Source: a virus (Duplodnaviria; Heunggongvirae; Uroviricota; Caudoviricetes). From it: a DNA stretch of 47,772 bases. Below, in pieces: positions 35,834-47,772 of this stretch (the stretch's first letter is position 1; every line of letters starts with the position of its first letter). The translations under genes were made by a program, and so were the position numbers. The notes under the pieces are model-generated. The model did not search any database. It was not told the DNA's origin and was given only the letters and a program-made list of their open reading frames with translations. Location: IMG/VR virus record IMGVR_UViG_2698536610_000001, one strand, 5' to 3'.

Positions 35834-36372
35834 AAACGGGGGCCGAAGCCATCCGGGCGCTGGCCATGCAGATCCCGGCGTTTCGTCAGAAGCTGAGCGA
35901 CGGCTGGTATCAGGTACGCATTGCCGGGCGTGATACAGGTGAAACGGAATTATCAGCCCGTCTTAATGAACCGCTGGCAAATGGTGCTGTGATCCATATC
36001 GTGCCGCGTCTGGCGGGAGCCAAAAGTGGCGGTGTGTTTCAGGCTGTGCTGGGGGCGGCTGTTATGGCGGTTGCTATATGGATGCCGGGGGTAGGAATTA
36101 TGGCGAGTAATCTGCTGTTTTCTCTCGGTGCCAGTATGACGCTTGGCGGTGTTGCACAGATGCTGGCCCCTAAACCCAAAACCCCCCGCACACAGACAAC
36201 GGATAACGGCAAACAGAACACCTATTTTTCTTCACTGGATAACATGGTTGCCCAGGGCAATGTTCTGCCTGTTCTGTACGGTGAAATGCGCGTGGGGTCA
36301 CGCGTGGTTTCTCAGGAGATCAGCACGGCAGACGAAGGGGATGGTGGTCAGGTTGTGGTGATTGGTCGCTGA
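35731..36372 (+). CDS. I: Tail assembly protein gpI
   Basis: Ubiquitin-like N-terminus and hydrophobic Gly/Ala-rich C-terminus as in lambda I; start uncertain because it overlaps K. Confidence 0.75.
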   Translation: MAATHTLPLASPGMARICLYGDLQRFGRRIDLRVKTGAEAIRALAMQIPAFRQKLSDGWYQVRIAGRDTGETELSARLNEPLANGAVIHIVPRLAGAKSGGVFQAVLGAAVMAVAIWMPGVGIMASNLLFSLGASMTLGGVAQMLAPKPKTPRTQTTDNGKQNTYFSSLDNMVAQGNVLPVLYGEMRVGSRVVSQEISTADEGDGGQVVVIGR

Positions 36373-36432
36373 TGCAAAATGTTTTATGTGAAACCGCCTC
36401 CGGGCGGTTTTATCGTTTATGGAGCATGACGA

Positions 36433-39400
36433 ATGGGTAAAGGAAGCAGTAAGGGGCATACCCCGCGCGAAGCGAAGGACAACCTGAAGTCCACGCAGCT
36501 GCTGAGTGTGATCGATGCCATCAGCGAAGGGCCGGTTGAAGGTCCGGTGGAGGGATTAAAAAGTGTGCTGCTGAACAGTACGCCGGTGCTGGACACTGAG
36601 GGGAATACCAACATCTCCGGCGTCACGGTGGTGTTCCGGGCCGGTGAGCAGGAGCAGACACCGCCGGAGGGATTTGAATCCTCCGGCTCCGAGACGGTGC
36701 TGGGTACGGAAGTGAAATACGACACGCCGATCACCCGGACCATCACGTCGGCAAACATTGACCGACTGCGATTTACCTTCGGCGTGCAGGCACTGGTGGA
36801 AACCACCTCAAAGGGGGACCGGAATCCGTCGGAAGTTCGCCTGCTGGTTCAGATACAGCGTAACGGTGGCTGGGTGACGGAAAAAGACATCACCATTAAG
36901 GGCAAAACCACCTCGCAGTATCTGGCCTCGGTGGTGGTGGATAACCTGCCGCCGCGCCCGTTTAATATCCGGATGCGCAGAATGACGCCGGACAGCACCA
37001 CAGACCAGCTGCAGAACAAAACGCTCTGGTCGTCATACACCGAAATCATCGATGTGAAACAGTGCTACCCGAACACGGCACTGGTCGGCGTGCAGGTGGA
37101 TTCGGAGCAGTTCGGCAGCCAGCAGGTGAGCCGTAATTATCATCTGCGCGGGCGTATTCTGCAGGTGCCGTCGAATTATAACCCGCAGACGCGGCAATAC
37201 AGCGGTATCTGGGACGGAACGTTTAAACCGGCATACAGCAACAACATGGCCTGGTGTCTGTGGGATATGCTGACCCACCCGCGCTACGGCATGGGGAAAC
37301 GTCTTGGTGCGGCAGATGTGGACAAATGGGCGCTGTATGTCATCGGCCAGTACTGCGACCAGTCAGTGCCGGACGGCTTTGGCGGCACGGAGCCGCGCAT
37401 CACCTGTAATGCGTACCTGACCACACAGCGCAAGGCGTGGGATGTGCTCAGTGATTTCTGCTCGGCGATGCGCTGTATGCCGGTATGGAACGGGCAGACG
37501 CTGACGTTCGTGCAGGACCGACCGTCGGATAAGGTGTGGACCTATAACCGCAGTAATGTGGTGATGCCGGATGATGGCGCGCCGTTCCGCTACAGCTTCA
37601 GCGCCCTGAAGGACCGCCATAATGCCGTTGAGGTGAACTGGATTGACCCGGACAACGGCTGGGAGACGGCGACAGAGCTTGTTGAAGATACGCAGGCCAT
37701 TGCCCGTTACGGTCGTAATGTCACGAAGATGGATGCCTTTGGCTGTACCAGCCGGGGGCAGGCACACCGCGCCGGGCTGTGGCTGATTAAAACGGAACTG
37801 CTGGAGACGCAGACCGTGGACTTCAGCGTGGGTGCGGAAGGGCTTCGCCATGTACCGGGGGATGTCATTGAAATCTGCGATGATGACTATGCCGGTATCA
37901 GCACCGGTGGTCGCGTGCTGGCGGTGAACAGCCAGACCCGGACGCTGACGCTCGACCGTGAAATCACGCTGCCATCCTCCGGTACCACGCTGATAAGCCT
38001 GGTTGACGGAAGTGGTAATCCGGTCAGCGTGGAGGTTCAGTCCGTCACCGACGGACTTAAGGTGAAAGTGAACCGGGTTCCTGACGGCGTTGCAGAATAC
38101 AGTGTGTGGGGGCTGAAGCTGCCGACGCTGCGCCAGCGCCTGTTCCGCTGTGTGAGTATCCGTGAGAACGATGACGGCACGTATGCCATCACTGCCGTGC
38201 AGCATGTACCGGAAAAAGAAGCCATCGTGGATAACGGGGCGCACTTTGACGGCGACCAGAGCGGCACGGTGAATGGTGTCACGCCGCCAGCAGTGCAGCA
38301 CCTGACTGCCGAAGTCACCGCAGACAGCGGGGAGTATCAGGTACTGGCGCGCTGGGACACGCCGAAGGTGGTGAAGGGGGTGAGCTTTATGCTTCGCCTG
38401 ACCGTGGCAGCGGATGACGGCAGTGAGCGGCTGGTCAGCACGGCCCGGACGACGGAAACCACATACCGCTTCACGCAACTGGCGCTGGGGCGGTACACGC
38501 TGACAGTCCGGGCGGTAAATGCGTGGGGACAGCAGGGCGATCCGGCATCGGTATCGTTCCGGATTGCCGCACCTGCAGTGCCGTCGCGGCTTGAGCTGAC
38601 GCCGGGCTATTTTCAGATAACCGCCACGCCGCATCTTGCCGTTTATGACCCGACGGTACAGTTTGAGTTCTGGTTCTCGGAAAAGCGGATTGCGGATATC
38701 AGGCAGGTTGAAACCACAGCCCGCTATCTTGGTACGGCGCTGTACTGGATAGCCGCCAGTATCAATATCAGGCCGGGCCATAATTATTATTTTTACGTTC
38801 GCAGTGTGAACACCGTTGGCAAATCGGCATTCGTGGAGGCTGTTGGTCAGCCGAGTGATGACGCATCCGGCTATCTGGATTTTTTCAAAGGCGAGATAGG
38901 GAAAACCCATCTGGCTCAGGAGCTGTGGACGCAGATTGATAACGGTCAGCTTGCGCCTGACCTGGCTGAAATCAGGACGTCCATTACGGATGTCAGCAAT
39001 GAAATCACACAGACCGTCAATAAGAAACTGGAAGACCAGAGTGCAGCGATCCAGCAGATACAGAAGGTTCAGGTTGATACAAATAATAATCTGAACAGCA
39101 TGTGGGCTGTGAAGCTGCAGCAGATGCAGGACGGACGCCTTTATATTGCGGGTATCGGTGCCGGTATTGAGAACACCCCCGACGGCATGCAGAGTCAGGT
39201 GCTGCTGGCGGCAGACAGGATTGCGATGATTAATCCTGCAAATGGCAACACAAAACCGATGTTTGTTGGTCAGGGTGATCAGATATTCATGAATGAAGTG
39301 TTCCTGAAATATCTGACGGCTCCCACCATTACCAGCGGCGGTAATCCTCCTGCATTTTCCATGACACCGGACGGAAAGCTGACCGCTAAAAATGCAGATA

Positions 39401-39912
39401 TCAGTGGCAGTGTGAATGCGAACGCCGGGACGCTCAACAACGTTACGATAAATGAGAACTGTCAGATTAAAGGGAAACTGTCAGCCAACCAGATTGAAGG
39501 CGATATTGTCAAAACAGTGGGTAAGGCTTTCCCGCGGGACTCCCGGGCACCGGAGCGGTGGCCATCAGGGACCATTACCGTCAGGATTTATGACGATCAG
39601 CCGTTTGACCGGCAGATTGTTATTCCGGCGGTGGCATTCAGCGGTGCTAAACATGAGAGAGAGCATACTGATATTTACTCCTCATGCCGCCTGATAGTGA
39701 AGAAAAATGGTGCTGAAATTTATAACCGTACCGCGCTGGATAATACGCTGATTTACAGTGGTGTTATTGATATGCCAGCTGGTCACGGCCACATGACGCT
39801 GGAGTTTTCGGTGTCAGCATGGCTGGTAAATGACTGGTATCCCACAGCAAGTATCAGCGATTTGCTGGTTGTGGTGATGAAGAAAGCCACCGCAGGCATC
39901 AGTATCAGCTGA
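36433..39912 (+). CDS. J: Host specificity / central tail fibre protein gpJ
   Basis: 1159 aa, lambda J-like size, position and N-terminal region. Confidence 0.9.
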   Translation: MGKGSSKGHTPREAKDNLKSTQLLSVIDAISEGPVEGPVEGLKSVLLNSTPVLDTEGNTNISGVTVVFRAGEQEQTPPEGFESSGSETVLGTEVKYDTPITRTITSANIDRLRFTFGVQALVETTSKGDRNPSEVRLLVQIQRNGGWVTEKDITIKGKTTSQYLASVVVDNLPPRPFNIRMRRMTPDSTTDQLQNKTLWSSYTEIIDVKQCYPNTALVGVQVDSEQFGSQQVSRNYHLRGRILQVPSNYNPQTRQYSGIWDGTFKPAYSNNMAWCLWDMLTHPRYGMGKRLGAADVDKWALYVIGQYCDQSVPDGFGGTEPRITCNAYLTTQRKAWDVLSDFCSAMRCMPVWNGQTLTFVQDRPSDKVWTYNRSNVVMPDDGAPFRYSFSALKDRHNAVEVNWIDPDNGWETATELVEDTQAIARYGRNVTKMDAFGCTSRGQAHRAGLWLIKTELLETQTVDFSVGAEGLRHVPGDVIEICDDDYAGISTGGRVLAVNSQTRTLTLDREITLPSSGTTLISLVDGSGNPVSVEVQSVTDGLKVKVNRVPDGVAEYSVWGLKLPTLRQRLFRCVSIRENDDGTYAITAVQHVPEKEAIVDNGAHFDGDQSGTVNGVTPPAVQHLTAEVTADSGEYQVLARWDTPKVVKGVSFMLRLTVAADDGSERLVSTARTTETTYRFTQLALGRYTLTVRAVNAWGQQGDPASVSFRIAAPAVPSRLELTPGYFQITATPHLAVYDPTVQFEFWFSEKRIADIRQVETTARYLGTALYWIAASINIRPGHNYYFYVRSVNTVGKSAFVEAVGQPSDDASGYLDFFKGEIGKTHLAQELWTQIDNGQLAPDLAEIRTSITDVSNEITQTVNKKLEDQSAAIQQIQKVQVDTNNNLNSMWAVKLQQMQDGRLYIAGIGAGIENTPDGMQSQVLLAADRIAMINPANGNTKPMFVGQGDQIFMNEVFLKYLTAPTITSGGNPPAFSMTPDGKLTAKNADISGSVNANAGTLNNVTINENCQIKGKLSANQIEGDIVKTVGKAFPRDSRAPERWPSGTITVRIYDDQPFDRQIVIPAVAFSGAKHEREHTDIYSSCRLIVKKNGAEIYNRTALDNTLIYSGVIDMPAGHGHMTLEFSVSAWLVNDWYPTASISDLLVVVMKKATAGISIS

Positions 39913-39931
39913 ATTTTATAACCCATATACG

Positions 39932-39956
39932 GGCGCCAGAAATGGCGCCTTTTTTA
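39932..39956 (+). terminator. Intrinsic terminator after J
   Basis: GGCGCCA-GAAA-TGGCGCC followed by TTTTTT. Confidence 0.6.
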
Positions 39957-39979
39957 TTGCAGAAAAGCGAGAGGTAATT

Positions 39980-40579
39980 ATGCGTAAAGTTTGTGCAGCC
40001 ATTTTGTCCGCAGCCATCTGTCTGGCCGTATCCGGTGCGCCTGCATGGGCGTCTGAGCAGCAGGCCACACTGAGCGCAGGGTATCTTCATGCCCGTACGA
40101 ACGCTCCCGGCAGCGATAATCTGAACGGGATTAACGTGAAATACCGTTATGAGTTTACGGACGCGCTGGGGCTGATTACGTCCTTCAGTTATGCCAATGC
40201 TGAGGATGAGCAAAAAACGCACTACAGCGATACCCGCAGGCATGAGGATTCCGTGCGTAACCGCTGGTTCAGCGTGATGGCGGGGCCCTCTGTGCGCGTG
40301 AATGAATGGTTCAGTGCGTATGCGATGGCGGGCGTGGCTTACAGCCGTGTGTCGACTTTTTCCGGGGATTATCTCCGCGTAACTGACAACAAGGGGAAAA
40401 CGCATGATGTGCTGACCGGAAGTGATGACGGTCGCCACAGCAACACGTCTCTGGCGTGGGGGGCTGGCGTGCAGTTTAACCCGACCGAATCCGTGGCCAT
40501 TGATATTGCTTATGAAGGTTCCGGCAGTGGTGACTGGCGCACTGACGGTTTCATCGTGGGTGTCGGTTATAAGTTCTGA
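39980..40579 (+). CDS. lom: Lom/Ail family outer-membrane beta-barrel protein
   Basis: Signal peptide (…AVSGAPAWA); alternating beta-strand pattern; C-terminal …GVGYKF; lambda lom position. Confidence 0.85.
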   Translation: MRKVCAAILSAAICLAVSGAPAWASEQQATLSAGYLHARTNAPGSDNLNGINVKYRYEFTDALGLITSFSYANAEDEQKTHYSDTRRHEDSVRNRWFSVMAGPSVRVNEWFSAYAMAGVAYSRVSTFSGDYLRVTDNKGKTHDVLTGSDDGRHSNTSLAWGAGVQFNPTESVAIDIAYEGSGSGDWRTDGFIVGVGYKF

Positions 40580-40605
40580 TTAGCCAGGTAACACAGTGTT
40601 ATGAC

Positions 40606-40633
40606 AGCCCGCCGTTTCAGGCGGGCTTTTTTG
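40606..40633 (+). terminator. Intrinsic terminator after lom
   Basis: AGCCCGCC-GTTTCAG-GCGGGCT followed by TTTTTT. Confidence 0.6.
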
Positions 40634-40643
40634 TGGGGTGAAT

Positions 40644-43600
40644 ATGGCAGTAAAAATTTCAGGTGTACTGAAAGACGGCACAGGAAAACCGGTACAGAAC
40701 TGCACAATCCAGCTGAAAGCAAAACGTAACAGTACCACGGTGGTGGTGAACACAGTGGCCTCAGAAAACCCGGATGAAGCCGGGCGTTACACAATGGACG
40801 TCGAGTATGGTCAGTACAGCGTCAGTCTGTTGGTGGAGGGATTCCCGCCGTCACACGCCGGGATTATCACCGTATATGAGGACTCAAAGCCGGGCACACT
40901 GAATGATTTCCTCGGTGCAATGACGGAGGATGATGTCCGGCCAGAGGCACTGCGCCGTTTTGAACTGATGGTGGAAGAGGTGGCGCGTAACGCGTCCGCA
41001 GTGGCACAGAACACGGCAGCCGCGAAGAAGTCAGCCGGCGATGCCGGCACATCTGCCCGTGAGGCGGCAACCCATGCGACTGATGCTGCAGGCTCAGCAC
41101 GCTCAGCCAGCACGTCAGCCGGACAGGCCGCTTCGTCGGCTCAGTCAGCGTCTTCCAGCGCAGGAACGGCATCAACAAAGGCCACTGAAGCATCGAAAAG
41201 TGCTGCTGCTGCAGAGTCCTCAAAAAGCGCGGCAGCTACCAGTGCCGGTGCCGCGAAAACGTCAGAAACGAATGCTGCAGCGTCACAACAATCAGCAGCC
41301 ACTTCTGCATCCACCGCGACCACGAAAGCGTCAGAAGCTGCCACCTCAGCCCGGGATGCGGCGGCTTCAAAAGAGGCGGCAAAATCATCAGAAACGAACG
41401 CATCCTCGAGCGCCAGTAGCGCAGCTTCCTCGGCAACGGCGACAGCAAATTCTGCGAAGGCGGCCAAAACGTCCGAGACGAACGCCAGGTCTTCTGAAAC
41501 GGCAGCGGGACAGAGTGCCTCAGCTGCGGCAGGCTCAAAAACAGCGGCTGCGTCGTCTGCCAGCGCCGCGTCAACAAGTGCCGGGCAGGCCTCAGCCAGT
41601 GCCACCGCCGCCGGAAAATCGGCAGAAAGCGCCGCATCATCCGCTTCAACAGCCACAACGAAGGCTGGCGAAGCCACTGAGCAGGCCAGCGCAGCAGCGA
41701 GGTCAGCTTCCGCAGCGAAGACATCCGAAACGAACGCGAAAGCGTCGGAAACCCGTGCAGAATCCTCAAAAACGGCTGCTGCATCGTCCGCCAGTTCGGC
41801 GGCGTCATCGGCATCATCTGCGTCTGCTTCAAAAGATGAGGCGAGCAGACAGGCATCAGCAGCGAAAGGCAGCGCCACGACGGCATCCACGAAGGCGACA
41901 GAGGCAGCTGGCAGTGCGACGGCGGCAGCTCAGAGCAAAAGTACGGCGGAATCCGCGGCAACGCGCGCTGAGACAGCGGCAAAACGGGCAGAGGATATTG
42001 CATCCGCCGTGGCGCTTGAGGATGCGAGCACGACGAAAAAGGGGATAGTACAGCTCAGCAGTGCGACCAACAGCACTTCCGAGTCACTGGCGGCAACGCC
42101 AAAAGCCGTTAAGGCCGCGTATGACCTGGCTAACGGGAAATACACCGCACAGGATGCAACGACAGCACAGAAAGGGATAATCCAGCTAAGCAGCGCGACC
42201 AACAGCACGTCTGAAACGCTGGCGGCAACGCCAAAGGCAGTAAAATCAGCCTATGACAATGCAGAGAAACGTCTGCAGAAAGACCAGAACGGCGCTGATA
42301 TACCCGATAAGGGACGCTTCCTGAACAACATTAACGCGATCAGTAAAACAGACTTTGCTGATAAGCGTGGTATGCGTTATGTGCGGATTAACGCTCCTGC
42401 AGGTGCAACATCTGGAAAATATTACCCTATTGTTGTTATGCGTTCTGCTGGCTCAGTAAGCGAACTGGCATCAAGGGTCATTATCACCACGGCAACGCGA
42501 ACCGCAGGCGATCCGATGAATAACTGCGAGTTTAACGGATTTGTTATGCCTGGTGGCTGGACTGACAGGGGGTGTTATGCTTATGGAATGTTCTGGCAAT
42601 ATCAAAACAATGAACGAGCCATCCACTCAATAATGATGAGTAATAAGGGCGATGATTTGCGCTCTGTGTTCTATGTTGATGGCGCTGCTTTCCCTGTTTT
42701 TGCGTTTATCGAAGATGGCCTGTCAATATCCGCACCTGGTGCTGATCTCGTTGTTAATGATACGACCTATAAGTTTGGGGCAACAAATCCAGCGACTGAA
42801 TGTATCGCGGCGGACGTTATCCTTGATTTTAAGAGTGGGCGTGGTTTTTATGAGTCTCATTCGTTAATCGTTAACGATAACTTGTCGTGCAAAAAACTTT
42901 TTGCCACAGACGAAATTGTAGCGCGTGGTGGTAATCAGATTCGAATGATAGGTGGGGAGTATGGGGCATTATGGCGTAATGATGGCGCTAAAACTTACCT
43001 GCTGCTTACCAATCAAGGTGATGTTTATGGTGGATGGAATACATTAAGACCGTTTGCTATTGATAACGCAACCGGCGAACTGGTTATTGGAACCAAGCTG
43101 TCTGCAAGTCTGAACGGTAACGCATTGACAGCAACAAAGCTGCAAACGCCAAGACGGGTTTCTGGTGTTGAGTTTGATGGTTCCAAAGATATTACTTTAA
43201 CCGCCGCGCATGTGGCTGCTTTTGCCAGAAGGGCAACGGATACATATGCCGATGCGGATGGTGGCGTTCCCTGGAATGCCGAATCAGGCGCTTATAATGT
43301 CACCCGCTCTGGCGACAGCTATATTCTGGTTAACTTCTATACCGGAGTCGGAAGTTGCCGGACCCTGCAGATGAAGGCGCATTACAGAAATGGTGGTCTG
43401 TTCTACCGTTCTTCAAGAGACGGTTATGGTTTTGAGGAAGACTGGGCAGAAGTTTATACCTCGAAAAATCTTCCACCAGAAAGCTACCCAGTCGGCGCAC
43501 CAATCCCGTGGCCATCAGATACCGTTCCGTCTGGTTATGCCCTGATGCAGGGGCAGACTTTTGACAAATCTGCTTACCCGAAACTTGCGGCCGCTTATCC

Positions 43601-44174
43601 GTCAGGCGTGATCCCTGATATGCGTGGCTGGACGATTAAGGGCAAGCCCGCCAGTGGTCGTGCCGTATTGTCTCAGGAACAGGACGGCATTAAATCGCAC
43701 ACCCACAGCGCCAGCGTATCCAGTACGGATTTGGGTACGAAAACCACATCATCGTTTGATTACGGCACTAAATCCACGAATAACACTGGTGCGCATACTC
43801 ATAGTTTAAGTGGCAGCACGAATGCAGCTGGTAATCACAGCCATAGAGATGGCCGTCGATTTAACCCCAGTGTTTTTAAAGATACTTATCAATATGGTTA
43901 TACAAGCTCAGGTCAAAATACCTGGGGTGTACAAGGTTCAGTAGGTATGTCTACGGGGTGGTTAGCTAATACCAGTACAGATGGTAATCATAGCCACTCA
44001 CTGTCCGGCACAGCAGCATCTGCAGGTGCACACGCGCATACTGTCGGTATTGGTGCTCATACGCACTCCGTTGCGATTGGTTCACATGGACACACCATCA
44101 CCGTTAACGCTGCTGGTAATGCGGAAAACACCGTCAAAAACATCGCATTTAACTATATTGTGAGGCTTGCATAA
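40644..44174 (+). CDS. stf: Side tail fibre protein (Stf) with Ala/Ser-rich repeats and C-terminal His-rich repeats
   Basis: About 1176 aa; long (S/T)AxxAAxS repetitive region; C-terminal GAHTHS / GNHSHS / GSHGHT motifs. Confidence 0.85.
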   Translation: MAVKISGVLKDGTGKPVQNCTIQLKAKRNSTTVVVNTVASENPDEAGRYTMDVEYGQYSVSLLVEGFPPSHAGIITVYEDSKPGTLNDFLGAMTEDDVRPEALRRFELMVEEVARNASAVAQNTAAAKKSAGDAGTSAREAATHATDAAGSARSASTSAGQAASSAQSASSSAGTASTKATEASKSAAAAESSKSAAATSAGAAKTSETNAAASQQSAATSASTATTKASEAATSARDAAASKEAAKSSETNASSSASSAASSATATANSAKAAKTSETNARSSETAAGQSASAAAGSKTAAASSASAASTSAGQASASATAAGKSAESAASSASTATTKAGEATEQASAAARSASAAKTSETNAKASETRAESSKTAAASSASSAASSASSASASKDEASRQASAAKGSATTASTKATEAAGSATAAAQSKSTAESAATRAETAAKRAEDIASAVALEDASTTKKGIVQLSSATNSTSESLAATPKAVKAAYDLANGKYTAQDATTAQKGIIQLSSATNSTSETLAATPKAVKSAYDNAEKRLQKDQNGADIPDKGRFLNNINAISKTDFADKRGMRYVRINAPAGATSGKYYPIVVMRSAGSVSELASRVIITTATRTAGDPMNNCEFNGFVMPGGWTDRGCYAYGMFWQYQNNERAIHSIMMSNKGDDLRSVFYVDGAAFPVFAFIEDGLSISAPGADLVVNDTTYKFGATNPATECIAADVILDFKSGRGFYESHSLIVNDNLSCKKLFATDEIVARGGNQIRMIGGEYGALWRNDGAKTYLLLTNQGDVYGGWNTLRPFAIDNATGELVIGTKLSASLNGNALTATKLQTPRRVSGVEFDGSKDITLTAAHVAAFARRATDTYADADGGVPWNAESGAYNVTRSGDSYILVNFYTGVGSCRTLQMKAHYRNGGLFYRSSRDGYGFEEDWAEVYTSKNLPPESYPVGAPIPWPSDTVPSGYALMQGQTFDKSAYPKLAAAYPSGVIPDMRGWTIKGKPASGRAVLSQEQDGIKSHTHSASVSSTDLGTKTTSSFDYGTKSTNNTGAHTHSLSGSTNAAGNHSHRDGRRFNPSVFKDTYQYGYTSSGQNTWGVQGSVGMSTGWLANTSTDGNHSHSLSGTAASAGAHAHTVGIGAHTHSVAIGSHGHTITVNAAGNAENTVKNIAFNYIVRLA

Positions 44175-44755
44175 TGGCATTCAGAATGAGTGAACAACCA
44201 CGGACCATAAAAATTTATAATCTGCTGGTCGGAACTAATGAATTTATTGGTGAAGGTGACGCATATATTCCGCCTCATACAGGTCTGCCAGCAAACAGTA
44301 CCGATATTGCACCACCAGATATTCCTGCTGGCTTTGTGGCTGTTTTCAACAGTGATGAGGCATCGTGGCATCTCGTTGAAGACCATCGGGGTAAAACGGT
44401 TTATGACGTGGCTTCCGGCGACGCGTTATTTATTTCTGAACTCGGCTCATTACCGGAAAATGTCACCTGGTTATCCCCGGAAGGGGAGTTTCAGAAGTGG
44501 AACGGCACAGCCTGGGTGAAAGATGCAGAAGCAGAAAAACTATTCCGGATCCGGGAGGCGGAAGAAACAAAAAACAGCCTGATGCAGGCAGCGAATGAGC
44601 ATATTGCGCCACTTCAGGATGCTGTAGATCTGGAAATCGCAACGGAGGAAGAAAACTCGTTGCTGGAAGCCTGGAAAAAGTATCGGGTGTTGCTGAACCG
44701 TGTTAATACAACAACTGCACCGGATATTGAATGGCCAGTAGCACCTATAGGGTAA
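44174..44755 (+). CDS. tfa: Tail fibre assembly protein (Tfa)
   Basis: 193 aa; ATG overlaps the stf stop; conserved C-terminus …[27 protein letters not shown]. Confidence 0.85.
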   Translation: MAFRMSEQPRTIKIYNLLVGTNEFIGEGDAYIPPHTGLPANSTDIAPPDIPAGFVAVFNSDEASWHLVEDHRGKTVYDVASGDALFISELGSLPENVTWLSPEGEFQKWNGTAWVKDAEAEKLFRIREAEETKNSLMQAANEHIAPLQDAVDLEIATEEENSLLEAWKKYRVLLNRVNTTTAPDIEWPVAPIG

Positions 44756-45343
44756 ATTCGTAATGATTACCTAAATACGTTATTCTTTTGTTCAAAAAGT
44801 GATTTTGCTATAGGTAGGGAGTATGTTCTTGGATTAAGAATAAAAAATCGCCATGAAAGAGCTTCATGGCGAGTACATAAACGTACAAAATGTGATGAAA
44901 GTAGAGTGGCGTAAGCCACTATATTAAGATATGACAATAGCGAACAAAAGTAAATAACATTTTATGGACGTTTAATTGTTAATTATAAAAACTAGAGTGC
45001 CCGATATTGTTTATCTTGCTTTAAAATAATGTACTCAAACCAAATTTTTGAGCTAAAAGCTCAAATAATATAAATGCAATGATAATGTTTAATAAGACAA
45101 TTAGCTTGCTTTGTATTTTCATTTCGGAATACTGTTAAGTAACTTTGATGACCCTAACAATAGATCGGAATTTTCTTAGAGTCAATGGTCACTGTTTTTG
45201 TTTGCAAAGCAAATGTTTTGGTGGTTATAAGTTTTCCTAATATAGTCACCTATGCAACTTGTTCCGTGTGGAGATTAAAGGTTAAAATTTAATGCGAAGA
45301 TGGAATTATAATATATTTTTTTATAATTAATTTAACCTTAACA

Positions 45344-45441
45344 TCGTTGCTGGCGGCATGGAAGAAATATCGGGTCTTGCTGATATCGTGTTGGCACTTC
45401 CTTAGTGCGGTTATCGAATGGCCAGCTGTACCTGTGGGGTA
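45344..45441 (+). repeat. Degenerate direct copy of the tfa 3' end (remnant 1)
   Basis: CGTTGCTGGCGGCATGGAAGAAATATCGGGTCTTGCTGAT…GAATGGCCAGCTGTACCTGTGGGGTAA aligns with tfa 44656-44755; contains an in-frame stop. Confidence 0.6.
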
Positions 45442-46100
45442 AAAACTTTATATGGATGCTATTTTTATAATAGCTGGTAAAAACTGGCCGAACTGAAATT
45501 CACTGTTGATAAAAAAGATGTGTTTGAGTGTATGTCATTGTTTTCTTAATGGAATCCACTAGAATGCAGCGAATTTAAGAAGGTGGATTTTTATTGGAAT
45601 ATAAACTACAATAATGCTCAACTCGTTCGTAGAATTGTTTTTTCTTATTTCTTGGAATGCTAACCATTATATGCATTATGGGGGCGATACTTCCTGATAA
45701 TTTACATGATGCATACATTGAAGCAATAAATTCAATATCATTGTCATCAAAGTTAAAGCTTTCTCCGTCCATTTCAATTCCTTATGTGTTTGGCACAACT
45801 GATGCTGTATCCCATGAGAATTTATGCAAGTTGTTATGTTTGATTTGATATTGCAATGATAATTGTAGCTAATTGTTTTCAATTGAGTGAAAGTTTATTT
45901 CGAGTGATTAAGTCGAAAAAAAAGATTTCTCACGGTTAGTAAGCATATTAGGTCAGTATTCAGATATGAATGGTATTAATGACTAAATTTTCAATCATAT
46001 ATGGATTTATATGCTGATGAAGATGTTTTATTTGGCGATTCGTCAAGCATCTTCACTTAAGTAATCGTATATTTTAAGAGTGCAAAAGAGAAAGGGACAA

Positions 46101-46200
46101 CGTTGCTCGCACTCTGGATTAAATATAGGGTGTTGTTAAACTGCGTTGATACATAATTGTACCGGATATTGAGTGGTCTGAAGTCCCAGTCATTAAGTAA
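46101..46200 (+). repeat. Degenerate direct copy of the tfa 3' end (remnant 2)
   Basis: CGTTGCTCGCACTCTGGATTAAATATAGGGTGTTGTTAAACTGCGTTGAT…CCGGATATTGAGTGGTCTGAAGTCCCAGTCATTAAGTAA aligns with the tfa 3' end. Confidence 0.6.
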
Positions 46201-46488
46201 TCGTTTCGTGATATGCCGCAGAAACGTTGTATGCAATAACGTTCTGCGGTTGGCTGATGCACTTTCGAGAGTGTATTGAATAATTTCAAGCCGTTATTGT
46301 TTTTACGCGTAACACCATGAAAAGACTGCTTATCTGTTGGGGTGTTTTTTGGGGCATATATGGGACAGAAATAGGCCACAGATAGATAGTAAGATCGAAC
46401 TCAGGATGCTTTTGAAAAAATGTAACTATCTGAAAAAACCTAGAAAGCGCCAAGGAAACCACAGAATGAGAAAAAACATCTGTGAATT

Positions 46489-47772
46489 ATGGATTTCCAG
46501 TTATATTCGCTCGGCGCAGCGTTAGTGTTTCATGAAATATTTTTTCCTGAATCATCAACGGCAATGGCGTTAATTTTGGCAATGGGAACCTACGGTGCAG
46601 GTTATGTGGCGCGTATTGTCGGAGCATTTATTTTCGGCAAAATGGGCGACAGAATAGGGCGTAAAAAAGTGCTCTTTATTACCATCACCATGATGGGGAT
46701 CTGTACCACCTTAATTGGTGTGTTACCGACCTATGCACAGATTGGTGTTTTTGCCCCCATCTTGCTGGTGACGCTGCGTATTATTCAGGGGTTGGGTGCA
46801 GGTGCGGAAATTTCCGGTGCCGGTACGATGCTGGCGGAATATGCACCAAAAGGTAAGCGCGGAATTATCTCCTCATTTGTAGCTATGGGAACTAACTGCG
46901 GAACCTTGAGCGCAACGGCAATCTGGGCCTTTATGTTCTTCATTCTCAGTAAAGAGGAACTGCTGGCGTGGGGATGGCGTATACCGTTCCTGGCGAGCGT
47001 TGTCGTGATGGTCTTTGCTATCTGGTTACGTATGAATCTGAAAGAAAGCCCGGTCTTTGAGAAGGTTAATGACAGCAACCAACCCACAGCAAAACCTGCA
47101 CCTGCTGGTAGCATGTTCCAGAGCAAATCCTTCTGGCTGGCAACAGGGCTGCGTTTTGGTCAGGCGGGTAACTCCGGGTTAATTCAGACTTTCCTTGCAG
47201 GCTATTTAGTGCAGACGTTATTGTTTAACAAAGCAATTCCAACAGATGCATTGATGATTAGTTCGATTCTCGGCTTTATGACCATTCCGTTCCTTGGTTG
47301 GTTATCCGATAAAATTGGTCGCCGGATCCCGTATATTATTATGAATACCTCCGCGATTGTGCTGGCATGGCCAATGCTTTCTATCATTGTAGATAAAAGC
47401 TATGCCCCGAGCACCATTATGGTTGCACTGATTGTGATTCATAACTGTGCGGTGCTGGGATTATTTGCTCTGGAAAACATTACCATGGCAGAAATGTTCG
47501 GCTGTAAAAACCGCTTTACCCGGATGGCCATTTCTAAAGAAATTGGTGGTCTTATCGCTTCCGGTTTTGGTCCTATCCTGGCGGGTATTTTCTGCACCAT
47601 GACGGAATCCTGGTATCCGATCGCCATTATGATCATGGCATATTCAGTGATTGGTTTAATCTCTGCGCTGAAAATGCCAGAAGTGAAAGACCGTGATTTA
47701 AGTGCGCTGGAAGACGCTGCGGAAGATCAACCGCGTGTTGTAAGAGCTGTGCAACCTTCCAGAAGTCTGTAA
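46489..47772 (+). pseudogene. ydfJ: MFS transporter (metabolite:H+ symporter family, ydfJ-like), 5'-truncated at the prophage junction
   Basis: 427-aa ORF beginning inside the conserved N-terminal (E)xxDFxLY region (MDFQLYSLGAALVF…) with no first TM segment; G+C rises to host-like levels; ydfJ is remembered as the Qin insertion target. Confidence 0.65.

Noticed and set aside
37363-38910. 515-aa ORF on the minus strand inside gene J
   Set aside because: Antisense to a confidently assigned, lambda-like structural gene in G+C-rich DNA where long chance ORFs are common; Arg/Pro/Gly-rich composition typical of antisense frames.
39905-40438. 177-aa minus-strand ORF antisense to lom
   Set aside because: Overlaps the Lom beta-barrel gene, which has a signal peptide and family match; no independent support.
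41041-42208. Alternative-frame ORFs in the Stf repeat region (Arg/Pro/Gln-rich 335-aa plus-strand ORF and several minus-strand ORFs)
   Set aside because: Produced by the Ala/Ser-rich codon repeats of stf; low-complexity translations; the stf frame is continuous and homologous to known fibres.
45575-46379. Short ORFs in the AT-rich right-end region (45575-45772 minus, 45657-45848 plus, 45676-45882 minus, 46119-46379 minus)
   Set aside because: Mutually overlapping, no ribosome-binding site or motif; the 46119-46379 ORF overlaps a tfa 3'-end remnant on the opposite strand; the region looks like decayed tail-fibre cassettes rather than live genes.
1-47772. CRISPR arrays, tRNA or tmRNA genes, rRNA
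   Set aside because: No regularly spaced short direct repeats with unique spacers and no tRNA-like cloverleaf segments were seen on inspection; the only periodic repeats are the origin iterons and protein-coding repeats in stf.

Overview
This window reads as a near-complete lambdoid prophage of the E. coli Qin/Rac type, about 46.5 kb, running from a tyrosine integrase at the left edge (attL lies outside the window) to a 5'-truncated ydfJ-like MFS transporter at the right edge. All identifications come from reading the supplied ORF translations and the DNA against remembered protein families; no database search or computation was run, and G+C contrasts are judged by eye. Order of modules: int, xis and a DnaQ-like exonuclease; a leftward ydfD-dicB-dicF-ydfCBA operon; the dicA/dicC immunity switch with palindromic operators; a replication initiator with internal iterons; an AT-rich four-gene cassette; hok/mok; DUF968 and a Q antiterminator with a tR'-like terminator; cargo (Blc-like lipocalin, DUF523/DUF1722 protein, IS1, AraC remnant); a pinholin / SAR-endolysin / Rz-Rz1 lysis cassette; an AT-rich 230-aa orphan gene; and a lambda-like packaging, head and tail block through J, lom, stf and tfa. 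The best candidate for an undescribed system is the AT-rich operon at 8787-11573: a small two-TM protein, two unknown proteins and an ABC-type ATPase with a long central coiled coil, sitting in a typical defence hotspot. Secondary candidates are the 230-aa orphan between Rz and the terminase, and an antisense gene inside the lysis cassette. No tRNA, rRNA or CRISPR array was seen.
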